This document shows, piece by piece, positions 40,052 through 49,701 of a stretch of 64,000 nucleotides of DNA (position 1 is its first letter; the number at the start of each line of letters is the position of its first letter). This stretch comes from Patescibacteria group bacterium (lineage in GTDB: Bacteria; Patescibacteriota; UBA1384; UBA12157; JAENIV01), in NCBI GenBank assembly GCA_041666185.1, contig JBAYHL010000001.1, positions 2,421 through 66,420 on the forward strand, written 5' to 3'. The notes beneath the pieces were generated by a model, which worked only from the letters and a program-made list of their open reading frames with translations, was not told the origin of the DNA and searched no databases. The position numbers and the translations under genes were made by a program.

Positions 40052-40768
40052 ATGAAAAACATAATACTTAAAGCAGAATCACGCGAACTCTTGGGTAAAA
40101 AAGTTAAAACCTTACGAAACGACGGACAACTTCCGGTAGTTTTGTATGGTAGAAAATTCGAAGCCCTATCTTTAGTCATTAATGAAAAAGAATTTTTAAA
40201 AGTTCTCAAAGAAGCTGGTGAAGCAACAATTATTAATATTGAAATTCCTGGAAAAGAAACCGCCAAAGCGCTTATTAGGCATATTCAAAAAGATCCTGTA
40301 AGTGACCGGGTGATTCACGCTGATTTGTACAAAGTTGACATGTCACAAGAAATTGAAACAGAAATTCCCCTTGTTTACGAAGGTGTCTCCCCTGCTGTCG
40401 AAGAATTGGAAGGTAACTTTATTACCAACAAAGACACTATTAAGGTAAAATGTTTACCTGATAAATTGGTTTCGGAAATTAAAGTTGATATAACTTCACT
40501 AAAAACTTTTGAAGACTTGATCCACGTTAAAGACTTAAATATTCCCGAAGGAATTAAAGTTCTTGATGAAGAAGAAGATATTGTCGCTCAAGTGACAGCT
40601 CCTACTTCTGAGGAAGAATTGGAAGCAATGGATCAAGAAGCTGCTGTTGATACTGAAAAAGCACAAATTGAAAACATGGAAACTGAAGCGGAAAAAGAGA
40701 AGGCAGAAAAAGAAGCTGAAGGTGCTGAAGAAGAACAACCAGTCAAAGAACAAAAGAATGAAAAATAA
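40052..40768 (+). CDS. rplY: 50S ribosomal protein L25/Ctc with acidic C-terminal extension
   Basis: MKNIILKAESRELLGKKVKTLRNDGQLPVVLYG L25 N-domain. Confidence 0.8.
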   Translation: MKNIILKAESRELLGKKVKTLRNDGQLPVVLYGRKFEALSLVINEKEFLKVLKEAGEATIINIEIPGKETAKALIRHIQKDPVSDRVIHADLYKVDMSQEIETEIPLVYEGVSPAVEELEGNFITNKDTIKVKCLPDKLVSEIKVDITSLKTFEDLIHVKDLNIPEGIKVLDEEEDIVAQVTAPTSEEELEAMDQEAAVDTEKAQIENMETEAEKEKAEKEAEGAEEEQPVKEQKNEK

Positions 40769-41768
40769 ATATTACATCCTTACGTTGGGATGCCAGATGA
40801 ATATTTCTGACTCTCAAAGGATTGCTCAAAAATTAGAAGATCTTGGATACAAATCGGCTCCTGAAAAGGAAGCCGATTTGGTAATTGTTAACGCTTGCTC
40901 TGTTAGGCAATCGGCCGTTGATAGAATTTGGGGTAAAATTAAAAATTGGAAAAAACAAAATAAAAAGATTATGGTTACTGGCTGTGTGCTACCAACTGAT
41001 GAAAAAATATTAAAAGAAAAAGAAATAGAAGTTTTCAATATTAACGATCTACCAAAAATAATAAAGAAGTCTGAGACTAAAGAATATTTTAACTTGAAAG
41101 CAAAACTAGACAGCAATATTGCTTACATTCCAATTATGACTGGTTGCGATAATTTTTGTTCTTATTGCGCTGTCCCCTACACTCGCGGCCGAGAGGTTTC
41201 TAGAAAAGATACTGATGTTCTATGTGATATTAAAGATGCCTTAGGTAGCGGCTTTAAAGATGTTATGTTGTTAGGACAAAATGTTAATTCGTATAAATAC
41301 GATTTTGCAAAATTACTAAAAAAGGTAGATAAATTACCAAATGATTTTCAATTTACTTTTATGAGCTCTAACCCGCATGATATGACAGATGAAATTATTC
41401 AAACTTTTTCCGAACTTAAAAAATGGCCAAGAGAACTTCATTTGGCGATGCAGTCCGGCGATGACGAAATTTTAAAAAAGATGAATCGCAAATACACAAG
41501 CAGCCAATTTTTAAAATTAGTTGAAAAACTTAAATCTAAAATTCCAAATATTAAAATTACTACCGATATTATTGTTGGCTTTCCTAGCGAAACTAAAAAA
41601 CAATTTGAAAATACTTATAAAATATGTAAAAAAATTGGCTTCCAGAAGGCCTATGTTGCTCAATATTCCCCTCGTACCGGTACAGTTGCCGCAAAATTAA
41701 AAAACGACGTTCTAAAAGACGAGAAAAAACGTCGTTGGCTAATTTTAGACCAATTAATTAACAAGTAA
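40758..41768 (+). CDS. MiaB/RimO-like radical SAM methylthiotransferase lacking a C-terminal TRAM domain
   Basis: MTTase N-domain (ILTLGCQMN), CxxxCxxC (CDNFCSYCAVP) radical SAM core; ends right after the radical-SAM core (336 aa). Confidence 0.7.
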   Translation: MKNKYYILTLGCQMNISDSQRIAQKLEDLGYKSAPEKEADLVIVNACSVRQSAVDRIWGKIKNWKKQNKKIMVTGCVLPTDEKILKEKEIEVFNINDLPKIIKKSETKEYFNLKAKLDSNIAYIPIMTGCDNFCSYCAVPYTRGREVSRKDTDVLCDIKDALGSGFKDVMLLGQNVNSYKYDFAKLLKKVDKLPNDFQFTFMSSNPHDMTDEIIQTFSELKKWPRELHLAMQSGDDEILKKMNRKYTSSQFLKLVEKLKSKIPNIKITTDIIVGFPSETKKQFENTYKICKKIGFQKAYVAQYSPRTGTVAAKLKNDVLKDEKKRRWLILDQLINK

Positions 41769-41779
41769 CTTGTTTTTTT

Positions 41780-42358
41780 TTAGAACTCTTCGTATTTCAC
41801 CTTATCGGGATAAAGAATCATAAAAGGATAACCAACATAATTTCTATTAATTTTGCCAACACCAATTTTCTTTAGAAATTCGATCATCTCTTCGGTAACT
41901 TTAGCCGGATCGGATTTTTTCGTTTTACTCTTAAATTCAATTTCTACAAAATCTCCTAAGCCCTTAACTTTATCGATAGCAATCTCATAACTTTTGTAAT
42001 TAAAGGTTTTTCTTAACTTATCAACAGTGATTAACAATTTAAAATCTAAAGCAGAAAATATTTTATTCAAACTTTTAATATCACTTACATTTGTTTCAAA
42101 CTCATCACAATAATGACTTTTGCCATTTTTATCGTAGTGCCAATTTTTATAAGTAATACTAAAATTACCATCAGAATCTCTTAATCTCAACCATTCTGCA
42201 ATTGGTTTATTTTTAAGAAAATTGCGATGCTTTGGCGTAAAATATTTATCAACTTGCTTATTAGTACTTATAAATTTAGCTTCTTTTTCTAAAAAAACCA
42301 GAAGAGGTTTTATTTTTTCAACTTCAACTTGAATTTCAATTTCAATATCTTTAGGCAT
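41780..42358 (-). CDS. CYTH-domain protein (CyaB / class IV adenylyl cyclase / triphosphatase-like)
   Basis: N-terminal EIEIQ (ExExK-type) motif and C-terminal DFVEIE. Confidence 0.6.
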   Translation of the reverse strand: MPKDIEIEIQVEVEKIKPLLVFLEKEAKFISTNKQVDKYFTPKHRNFLKNKPIAEWLRLRDSDGNFSITYKNWHYDKNGKSHYCDEFETNVSDIKSLNKIFSALDFKLLITVDKLRKTFNYKSYEIAIDKVKGLGDFVEIEFKSKTKKSDPAKVTEEMIEFLKKIGVGKINRNYVGYPFMILYPDKVKYEEF

Positions 42359-43538
42359 TAAATTCTTTTAAAAATTCTTCTATTTTTTGTGTCTTTAAAT
42401 CCTTTGAACCACGAACACGGACAGTAATATTTTCGTCTTTTTCTTCTTTATCCCCTACAACAATAATATAAGGAATTTTTTGCATTTCTGTATCGCGGAT
42501 TTTGCGACCAACCGATTCATTGCGCTCATCAATTTCTATTCGCACTTCTTTTAAACTTTCGGCAATCTTCTTTGCATAATCAAAATGTTTTTCTGAAACC
42601 GGCAAAATTATTGCTTGAACTGGCGAGAGCCAAACAGGCAAAGCACCGGCAGTAGACTCTATTAACACCGCCATAAATCTTTCGACTGATCCTAAAATTG
42701 CTCGATGAATAATTACTGGATGTTTTTTTTGACCATTCTCATCAATATAATTTGCGTCTAATCTTTCTGCCATTGAAAAATCTAATTGAATTGTTCCCAT
42801 TTGCCACGAACGGCCAAGGGAATCTTTAACATGAAAATCAATTTTTGGACCATAAAAAGCACCATCACCCTTATTTTCGTTAAAATCAATCTTTTTTTCT
42901 TTCAAAGCTTTAACTAAACCATCTTCTGCTTTTTGCCATTGCTCATCAGTACCAATCGATTTTTCTGGTCTGGTCGAAAGTTCAACTTTAATGTCAGAAA
43001 ACCCGTATCGGCTATAAGTCTCATGAATAAAATCTATTAACTTAATTAATTCTTCTTCAATTTGGTTTTCATTACAATAGATATGAGCATCATCAATCGT
43101 TAAGGCTCGTGTTCTAAGCAGTCCATTTACTTCACCAGGTTGTTCATAACGAAAAACTGTACCAACTTCAGAAAATTTAATTGGCAATTCTTTATAAGAA
43201 CGCATTTCTTCGTTAAAAATCGCGATTGATCCTGGACAATTCATTGGTTTTAAACACCAATCAACTTTTTCTTCTTTCATTTCTTTTTCATTACCAGTAA
43301 AAAAAAGTTTTTCACGATAATTATCATAATGCCCAGAAGCCCTTAAAGTGTCTAAATGGATAACTGTTGGTGTTTTTAGGTCTTTGTAACCCTGTTTGGC
43401 TAGTCGCTTTTTTAAATCATTAACAATTAAATCAAAAAGCAAAGTACCTTTTGGCCACCAATAAACTGTGCCTGGCACTTTATGATTAAAACTAAAAAGC
43501 CCCAAGGATCTACCAAGTTCTTTATGATCTTGTTCCAT
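42351..43538 (-). CDS. thrS: threonyl-tRNA synthetase, catalytic + anticodon-binding domains only (no N-terminal TGS/editing domains)
   Basis: Begins at the DHKELGRSLGLF region of the ThrRS core; motif 3 HRAILGSVERF; 395 aa versus ~640 for full-length ThrRS. Confidence 0.8.
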   Translation of the reverse strand: MEQDHKELGRSLGLFSFNHKVPGTVYWWPKGTLLFDLIVNDLKKRLAKQGYKDLKTPTVIHLDTLRASGHYDNYREKLFFTGNEKEMKEEKVDWCLKPMNCPGSIAIFNEEMRSYKELPIKFSEVGTVFRYEQPGEVNGLLRTRALTIDDAHIYCNENQIEEELIKLIDFIHETYSRYGFSDIKVELSTRPEKSIGTDEQWQKAEDGLVKALKEKKIDFNENKGDGAFYGPKIDFHVKDSLGRSWQMGTIQLDFSMAERLDANYIDENGQKKHPVIIHRAILGSVERFMAVLIESTAGALPVWLSPVQAIILPVSEKHFDYAKKIAESLKEVRIEIDERNESVGRKIRDTEMQKIPYIIVVGDKEEKDENITVRVRGSKDLKTQKIEEFLKEFNA

Positions 43539-43588
43539 TTTTTACCTCAAGGATATCTTACTACAGATTAACTATGAGTTCAATAAAT

Positions 43589-44857
43589 TTAAACTTTAAT
43601 TGAAAACTGACGGCAAAGTTTTAGAACTTCTGCTTTTATTTTGATTTTACTTTCTTTTCCGGAAAGAGCATTAAATATCAGCTCAGCAATTTTTTTCATT
43701 TCCTTTTCTTTCATGCCGCGAGTTGTCAACGCTGGTGTTCCGAGCCTAATACCAGAACCAACAAAAGGCTTTTCCGGATCAAATGGAATAGTATTCTTAT
43801 TACAAATAATATTTACTTCTTCCAATATTTTTTGAGCATCTTTACCAGTCATTTTAATTGGTCTTAAATCAACCAACATTAAATGGTTATCGGTGCCGCC
43901 AGAAACTATTCGTAACCCGAATTTTTCTAAGCTTTCTGCTAAAATATTAGCATTTTTAACTATTTGGCTAGCATATTTTTTAAATTGTGGTTTTAAATTT
44001 TCACCAAAACAAACTGCCATCGCCCCAATCTGATTTTCGTGCGGCCCACCTTGCATCCCTGGAAAAACCGCTCGATCGATTTTTTTAGATAGCTCCTCAC
44101 CGTCAGGCAAGACAATGTTTTTACAAATTATAATTGCTCCCCGCGGACCTCGTAAAGTCTTGTGGGTTGTTGCCATAACAACATCAGCGTAGGGGAATGG
44201 TGTCGGGTGAGCTCCACCAACAATTAGTCCAGCAACATGAGAGACGTCTGCCAAAAGATAAGCACCCACCTCCTTAGCGATAGCTCCAAACTTTTTAAAG
44301 TCAATAATACGTGAATAGGCTGTCGCCCCACAAACAATTAATTTTGGTTTTTCCTTTTTAGCGATCCTTAAAATTTCGTCATAATCTAGCATTTCTGTTT
44401 TTTTGTCCACACCATAAGAAATAAATTTGTAAGCAGTGCCTGAAAATCCAATTGGAAGACCATGAGTAATATGGCCGCCTTGATCCAACTTCATCCCCAT
44501 GACTTTATCACCAAACTTTAGCATTGCAAAATAAATTTCCATATTAGCTGGCGAACCAGAATACGGTTGGACATTAGCGTGCCATTTATCGCTCGAGAGA
44601 CCAAACATTTTTAAAGCTCTTTCTTTAGCAATGTCCTCTACTTGATCAATATTAACCTGCCCAGCATAATAACGCTTGTGCGAATAACCTTCAGAGTATT
44701 TATCAGTTAAAACCGAGCCTAAAGCCTCACGAACAGCTAGACTCGCGTAATTTTCTGACGGAATTAAATCTAAAGTTTCTTGTTCGTATTTTTCTTGGAG
44801 CTCAATTAATTTGGCAATTTTAGGATCTTTTTTCTTCAGGCTCATTTTGCCTTTCAT
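43589..44857 (-). CDS. glyA: serine hydroxymethyltransferase
   Basis: SENYASLAVREALGSVLTDKYSEGY and the PLP-Lys region TTHKTLRGPRG. Confidence 0.95.
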   Translation of the reverse strand: MKGKMSLKKKDPKIAKLIELQEKYEQETLDLIPSENYASLAVREALGSVLTDKYSEGYSHKRYYAGQVNIDQVEDIAKERALKMFGLSSDKWHANVQPYSGSPANMEIYFAMLKFGDKVMGMKLDQGGHITHGLPIGFSGTAYKFISYGVDKKTEMLDYDEILRIAKKEKPKLIVCGATAYSRIIDFKKFGAIAKEVGAYLLADVSHVAGLIVGGAHPTPFPYADVVMATTHKTLRGPRGAIIICKNIVLPDGEELSKKIDRAVFPGMQGGPHENQIGAMAVCFGENLKPQFKKYASQIVKNANILAESLEKFGLRIVSGGTDNHLMLVDLRPIKMTGKDAQKILEEVNIICNKNTIPFDPEKPFVGSGIRLGTPALTTRGMKEKEMKKIAELIFNALSGKESKIKIKAEVLKLCRQFSIKV

Positions 44858-46509
44858 TTAAAATTTTTTAATTTTTCTTCAAAGTCATCGTCGAGTTGTT
44901 TTTTCATTTCTTCATGCCAGGTCTCATCATACTTTGGTAGAAGCGAATTTATAATTGGACAATTTTTTTCTTCTAAACAAAATCCAGGAATATGACATTT
45001 AGTTGCCATAAGTTGCGAAATGTTATTAAACCCTTTTTTCTTTAATAGCTGCTTAATTTTTATCATTTCAATCCGAGAAATTTGTCTAAGTTGTGCTTCA
45101 GCTGTCGAACACGTGCGAAGTGGAAAATAACCAGAAATTAGATTAAACAAATTATATTCTTGAAATAAATCTATTCTTATACCACGCGGTATCATATAAA
45201 GAGCATCTGCAGCTGGAATTTTATATTTTTTAGTAAATTCAAAATAAATTTCAATTGATTCTGCTACTCTTTCTAAATATTCGTACAAAAATTCTTTATT
45301 AGCCCTAATTGGGTAAGGCAAAGTAAAAAATCGATCTATCATACTTAAATCTTTCTTTGACAATTTTCTTTGGCTAATTTTTGAATTATATTTTTTAAAA
45401 ACTTGTTGGCAACGCTCCAAAGAATAATAAATTGAATCAGGCACCATTGGCACTGTTCGGTGACGCTTTTTTTCGCTCCAAACTCGCCAAGAAACCGAAG
45501 ACAAAATTTTAAGTGATAAAACATTTTGCCAGTCACGCATAAATTGATGACGCATTTCTAAAATTTCTCGCCATTTTTTCTTCAAGTTTTTTGGATCCTT
45601 TATCATTTCTTTTTGCAATTTCACGATTTTTCCCGCTTCTTTTTCAAGATTTAACGACTTCGTAAAAGAAAAATCTGTAATTTTTGTCAGGTCTTTAGGT
45701 AAAGATTTCTGTTGTATTAAATCACGAACAATGTTTATTTTTTGCGGATCTTTAAAAATATTTGGGCTAGGATACACATTGCGTGCCGCTAATTCTCTTG
45801 ATATATAAATCAAATCCAAACCCATTGTTTTAAGATATTTTTCAATTTTTTCTACAACCATTTTTCCCTCTTCCGGCATCCAATCTTTCTCTTGTTCAAT
45901 TTCTTGTTTAAAAGCAATTATTGACTCAATTGGATAAGCAATAATACCTGTGCCATAAATACCATATTGCATAATCTTCGAAGCTTCATCTTTTTCAACA
46001 CCATTTTCAAGTAATTTATTTAAAAAATTAATATTTTTTTCTGAAATTTCTTTATATTTTTCTTTAACCGCTTTATTTTGATCAATGCTTGTTGGGTAAA
46101 CAATATCTTCAACAGTTGTATTCGTCCTTCGACCAGAAGCCATTAAAGAAGATGAAAAAACTGCTCCCGTCATCATTGAATCGATAAATTTAGAAGCCTC
46201 ATACGAAAAACAAATCGCTGGCGTCGTTGCAATTGAAGCATGCCCTCTAAGCGACGATTTCTTAATAATTTTTTTAACTTTTTCGTCAATATTTTGACCT
46301 TTATCAATTGCTTCTTGATATAATTCTTTAACCGTTTTACCCTTAAAAGTCATTAGGGCAGAAAGCGCTACAATATCTTGGGGTTTAAGTGATCCAGTTT
46401 TATCTTGCAGAATCGGCGTAACTCCTAAAAATGTCATTTTTAAATCTTTTGTTTTGTAACTCATACTTGCCTTTCTTTTTTTTGAGAGCTTACTCGCCCG
46501 CTTTGCCAT
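44854..46509 (-). CDS. ThyX-like (flavin-dependent thymidylate synthase) long-form protein, divergent
   Basis: GHASI.../RHRTVP/IPRGIRIDLF...LRTCSTAEAQLRQI resemble the ThyX GHxSVLEH, RHR and R...AQ.EIR blocks; embedded in a dcd / dCMP deaminase / glyA neighbourhood. Confidence 0.45.
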   Translation of the reverse strand: MAKRASKLSKKRKASMSYKTKDLKMTFLGVTPILQDKTGSLKPQDIVALSALMTFKGKTVKELYQEAIDKGQNIDEKVKKIIKKSSLRGHASIATTPAICFSYEASKFIDSMMTGAVFSSSLMASGRRTNTTVEDIVYPTSIDQNKAVKEKYKEISEKNINFLNKLLENGVEKDEASKIMQYGIYGTGIIAYPIESIIAFKQEIEQEKDWMPEEGKMVVEKIEKYLKTMGLDLIYISRELAARNVYPSPNIFKDPQKINIVRDLIQQKSLPKDLTKITDFSFTKSLNLEKEAGKIVKLQKEMIKDPKNLKKKWREILEMRHQFMRDWQNVLSLKILSSVSWRVWSEKKRHRTVPMVPDSIYYSLERCQQVFKKYNSKISQRKLSKKDLSMIDRFFTLPYPIRANKEFLYEYLERVAESIEIYFEFTKKYKIPAADALYMIPRGIRIDLFQEYNLFNLISGYFPLRTCSTAEAQLRQISRIEMIKIKQLLKKKGFNNISQLMATKCHIPGFCLEEKNCPIINSLLPKYDETWHEEMKKQLDDDFEEKLKNFK

Positions 46510-47000
46510 TGACCACGATAAAGATTTGTTTCGCCCGAAACTTCATAAAATAAAATATGAACAATCCGCGCCCCAAGTTCAATTTCCATCTCACAATTAC
46601 CAGCATTGTAGAATAAAAACGAAAGTTCACCACAGTATCCCGGAGCAACATTTCCACCGGAAAGAACAATACCAGAACGATACAATGTACTACGAAGCCA
46701 CATATTGGCCGTTAGGTTTTTTGGCATATTCACTTTTTCTAAAGTTGTTACAAGGTACGATTCGCCTGGTTTTATTATTATGGATTGTTTTTCACTTTTT
46801 TTATATTCATAAAGCAACTTTGAATTAGCCGAATCACGCTCTTCTAACCCCATAAAACCGCTCCCAGATATTTCATGGACCTTTCCTAAGCATAAATCAA
46901 AACCAGAACCTTCAGGATTTTTTAATTCTCGTTCACACAATCCTTCAACTAACTTTTTTTCTTTAACCAACTTCAATAGCTCGTCAACACCTAAAACCAT
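46461..47000 (-). CDS. dcd: dCTP deaminase
   Basis: dUTPase-fold motifs (GSGFDL..., VLSGGNVAPGYCGELSF). Confidence 0.8.
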   Translation of the reverse strand: MVLGVDELLKLVKEKKLVEGLCERELKNPEGSGFDLCLGKVHEISGSGFMGLEERDSANSKLLYEYKKSEKQSIIIKPGESYLVTTLEKVNMPKNLTANMWLRSTLYRSGIVLSGGNVAPGYCGELSFLFYNAGNCEMEIELGARIVHILFYEVSGETNLYRGQWQSGRVSSQKKERQV

Positions 47001-47551
47001 TAATTTCCTTTCCTAAATTTTTCAATTATAATTCCCCGTTTTTCAGCTAGCTCCCTTGACTCCGGCTCAGCAGTAGTAGCTTTGCCGTCTGAACCGTCTA
47101 AAATTCTTAAATAATCATTTAAATAAATAATTTTTTTAACACCCAAATTATTTAATGCTTTCATACAGTCATAGCATGGAAAAACGGTAATATAGAGTGT
47201 TGAGCCACGCAACTGATTAACATCACCGGAATTAATAATAGCGTTAATTTCAGCATGAATACCATTACATCTTTTTATTTTACCAGTAATTGGATCGCCA
47301 TGGACTTTAAGACAACCAACTTCATTGCAATGAACGTCTCCTCTCGTAGGACCATTGTAACCAATTGAAATTATTCGATGGAGATCATCAACAAAGATAG
47401 CCACCGCTTTAACATAAATACAGGAGATTCTATTAGTAGCTGTCACTGCAATATCCATAAAAAATTCATCCCACGATATTCGAGGTCGTTTCTTAAATTT
47501 TTTCGGAGGTTTTTTGTCCATATTTTTTGACTCCTTTTTTTCTGTCCTCAT
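47000..47551 (-). CDS. dCMP/cytidine deaminase (ComEB-like)
   Basis: HAEINAI and PCYDCMKAL zinc-binding motifs. Confidence 0.85.
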   Translation of the reverse strand: MRTEKKESKNMDKKPPKKFKKRPRISWDEFFMDIAVTATNRISCIYVKAVAIFVDDLHRIISIGYNGPTRGDVHCNEVGCLKVHGDPITGKIKRCNGIHAEINAIINSGDVNQLRGSTLYITVFPCYDCMKALNNLGVKKIIYLNDYLRILDGSDGKATTAEPESRELAEKRGIIIEKFRKGN

Positions 47552-47600
47552 CTTAACAAAAACATTTCAAAAAAGTCAAAAAATCAGGTATAATTATGGT

Positions 47601-48020
47601 ATGAAAATAATCGCCCAAAACAAAAAAGCTTATCACGAATACGAAATTCTAGAAAAATTCGAAGCCGGTTTAGTACTTAATGGTACAGAAATTAAATCAA
47701 TTCGTAACGGCCGTGTGAATCTTTCGGGTACTTTTTGTCGTATTCAAAATAATGAACTCTGGGTTTTAAATTTGCATATTGCTAGCACATTAGAACCAGA
47801 ACGTACTCGAAAATTATTAGTTCATAAAAGCGAGATCAAATCTTTAATCGGCAAAACCCAGCAAAAAGGACTCACTCTTATTCCGTTAAGTCTTTACATT
47901 AAAAAAGGTAAAGCTAAATTAGAAATTGCTTTAGTTCGTGGTAAAAAAATTCACGATCAGCGCGAAACAATTAAAAAACGTGACACAAAAAGACAAGTTC
48001 AAAGAGAACTAAGCGAATAA
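47601..48020 (+). CDS. smpB: SsrA-binding protein
   Basis: MKIIAQNKKAYHEYEILEKFEAGLVLNGTEIKSIR; TTCAAA-17-TATAAT promoter ending 7 nt before the ATG. Confidence 0.85.
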   Translation: MKIIAQNKKAYHEYEILEKFEAGLVLNGTEIKSIRNGRVNLSGTFCRIQNNELWVLNLHIASTLEPERTRKLLVHKSEIKSLIGKTQQKGLTLIPLSLYIKKGKAKLEIALVRGKKIHDQRETIKKRDTKRQVQRELSE

Positions 48021-48027
48021 GAATTAT

Positions 48028-48609
48028 TTAATAAATATAGCCCATAATTCGCGAGTAAGAAGCTGAAATAGTACGAGTTGAAATCACTCCAAAACCACGA
48101 TAATTCATTTCGGTAATAGTAATTTGATCACCATCAACCCCATCAACCATACCGACATGACCAGTTTTACCGCCTTCAGTCGTCACAACGATTGAACCTA
48201 CCTGTGGAGTGCTGCCAGTTGCGAAACCGAACCTCTGCGCCCCTGAAAGCCAAGCAATGGCATTACCAGACCAAGGAATATTTCTTCTTTGCGAAACATA
48301 ATAAGTACAGTAGCCATAAGGGAAAGAATGGCTTTCTCCGGCCTCTATGGTAGCAATTTTGCTCGTAACTTTATTTACCTGTGTTGTTTTTACTTTTGTA
48401 CTTGTTTTTACAACAACTTTTTCCTCTTTAGTAACGACCGTTTCTGCAACTAACGGTTTTGGTAAATAACCTTCTGAAACAAAAGAGATTTGAACATTAT
48501 CCGACGTTGACGGTTCAAATACATCAGAAGAAAGGCTGTCAACAACGCCTCGGGCAATGTTTAAATTTGCTTCCATAGAATTAGCCGCTTGAGCTTTTGG
48601 AATACTCAA
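48028..48609 (-). CDS. CHAP-domain peptidoglycan hydrolase; likely longer, with a non-canonical start near 48666
   Basis: CHAP Cys motif YGYCTYYV and a His region; upstream in-frame sequence encodes a textbook signal peptide but contains no ATG/GTG/TTG. Confidence 0.7.
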   Translation of the reverse strand: MSIPKAQAANSMEANLNIARGVVDSLSSDVFEPSTSDNVQISFVSEGYLPKPLVAETVVTKEEKVVVKTSTKVKTTQVNKVTSKIATIEAGESHSFPYGYCTYYVSQRRNIPWSGNAIAWLSGAQRFGFATGSTPQVGSIVVTTEGGKTGHVGMVDGVDGDQITITEMNYRGFGVISTRTISASYSRIMGYIY

Positions 48610-49232
48610 AACAAGACCTGAGTTTAGGCCCGCAACGAGAAAAAGGCTAAATGATAAATTTTTGATTAAAGGTGCAAAACAACGAGTATTTAGCCCGCCT
48701 TGACTTGGCGAGGCAGGTTTTTCATTTTTAAGATTTAAATTGATAAGGTTTTTTTTGTTTTTTTGTTGAAATAATTTCTGGTTAATAACTTTTACCAGAA
48801 GTCCCGGTTTTTCGGGTGTACAAATAATGAACCTCCATATTAAGAGAGTAATAACTGAATCCCGTCCTTTTTAATGTACCAAACAGTCAACTATTAACTC
48901 TGCGATCATGCTTTAAAGAATTTTAAAAAGGCGCTTTAAAGCACGACAATATCGATTTTACCATACTGGTTAAGTATGTCAAGGGTTATAATCACCCCTG
49001 TTAATCTTGGTATATCTTTTAACAACTCTGGACTGTGGATAACTTAAAAGCTGATTCCAACGCCTCAGGTCCTGAGGCGTTGGGCACAAATCAATGAATG
49101 GTTTAGATTGAATGGACAATATAATATCCCTTAAGTAATTAGCACCAATAGTTAGTCTTGACTTTTTTCCTATAATATGATACATTACTTTGTACTTGAA
49201 TCTTTCTGCAAATCTGACACAGGAGGTTAAAT

Positions 49233-49673
49233 ATGTCTTATCGCGATGAAATACAGAAAAAGGTAGATTTGGGTATTGCTTCGACAGTGGCTATTTGGAA
49301 AATGGTCACCAGCCATTCCGACGAATATCAAACAAGCCTCGGTCTCAATCAAGCAGGCGTAAAAGAGCTTGAAAGACAAAAGAGTCACATCAGTATGTAC
49401 CCGTCAATTGAAGACGAGCTTGCAAGCGCAATACTCAACATAGAGATTGATGGAGAACAGTTTGGCCTTGTTGTTAAGTATGTGTGTGGTTGTGAATACG
49501 GCGACACATGGAGAGAGTGCTTGATGGTTGGTTGTAAAAGCAACCCTTCTCTCAACCTAAGCGTTGGGTATGGGACAACTCTTGTTTTTGCCGTTTCAAA
49601 AGACTGGCACAAGAGAATAATTTCACATCTAACCGAAGCCGAAACTCCACCACCTCCGTGGTTTCCAAAGTAG
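49233..49673 (+). CDS. hypothetical protein (146 aa), GC-elevated
   Basis: GGAGG SD; followed by two hairpin terminators. Confidence 0.5.
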   Translation: MSYRDEIQKKVDLGIASTVAIWKMVTSHSDEYQTSLGLNQAGVKELERQKSHISMYPSIEDELASAILNIEIDGEQFGLVVKYVCGCEYGDTWRECLMVGCKSNPSLNLSVGYGTTLVFAVSKDWHKRIISHLTEAETPPPPWFPK

Positions 49674-49701
49674 TCAGCACGGTTTACGAACATTCCAATA
49701 T

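Noticed and set aside
46526-46828. 100-aa plus-strand ORF
   Set aside because: Antisense to the well-supported dCTP deaminase gene.
48979-49185. 68-aa minus-strand ORF in the CHAP/49233 intergenic region
   Set aside because: Overlaps the probable promoter elements and the perfect inverted repeat; no SD; likely non-coding.
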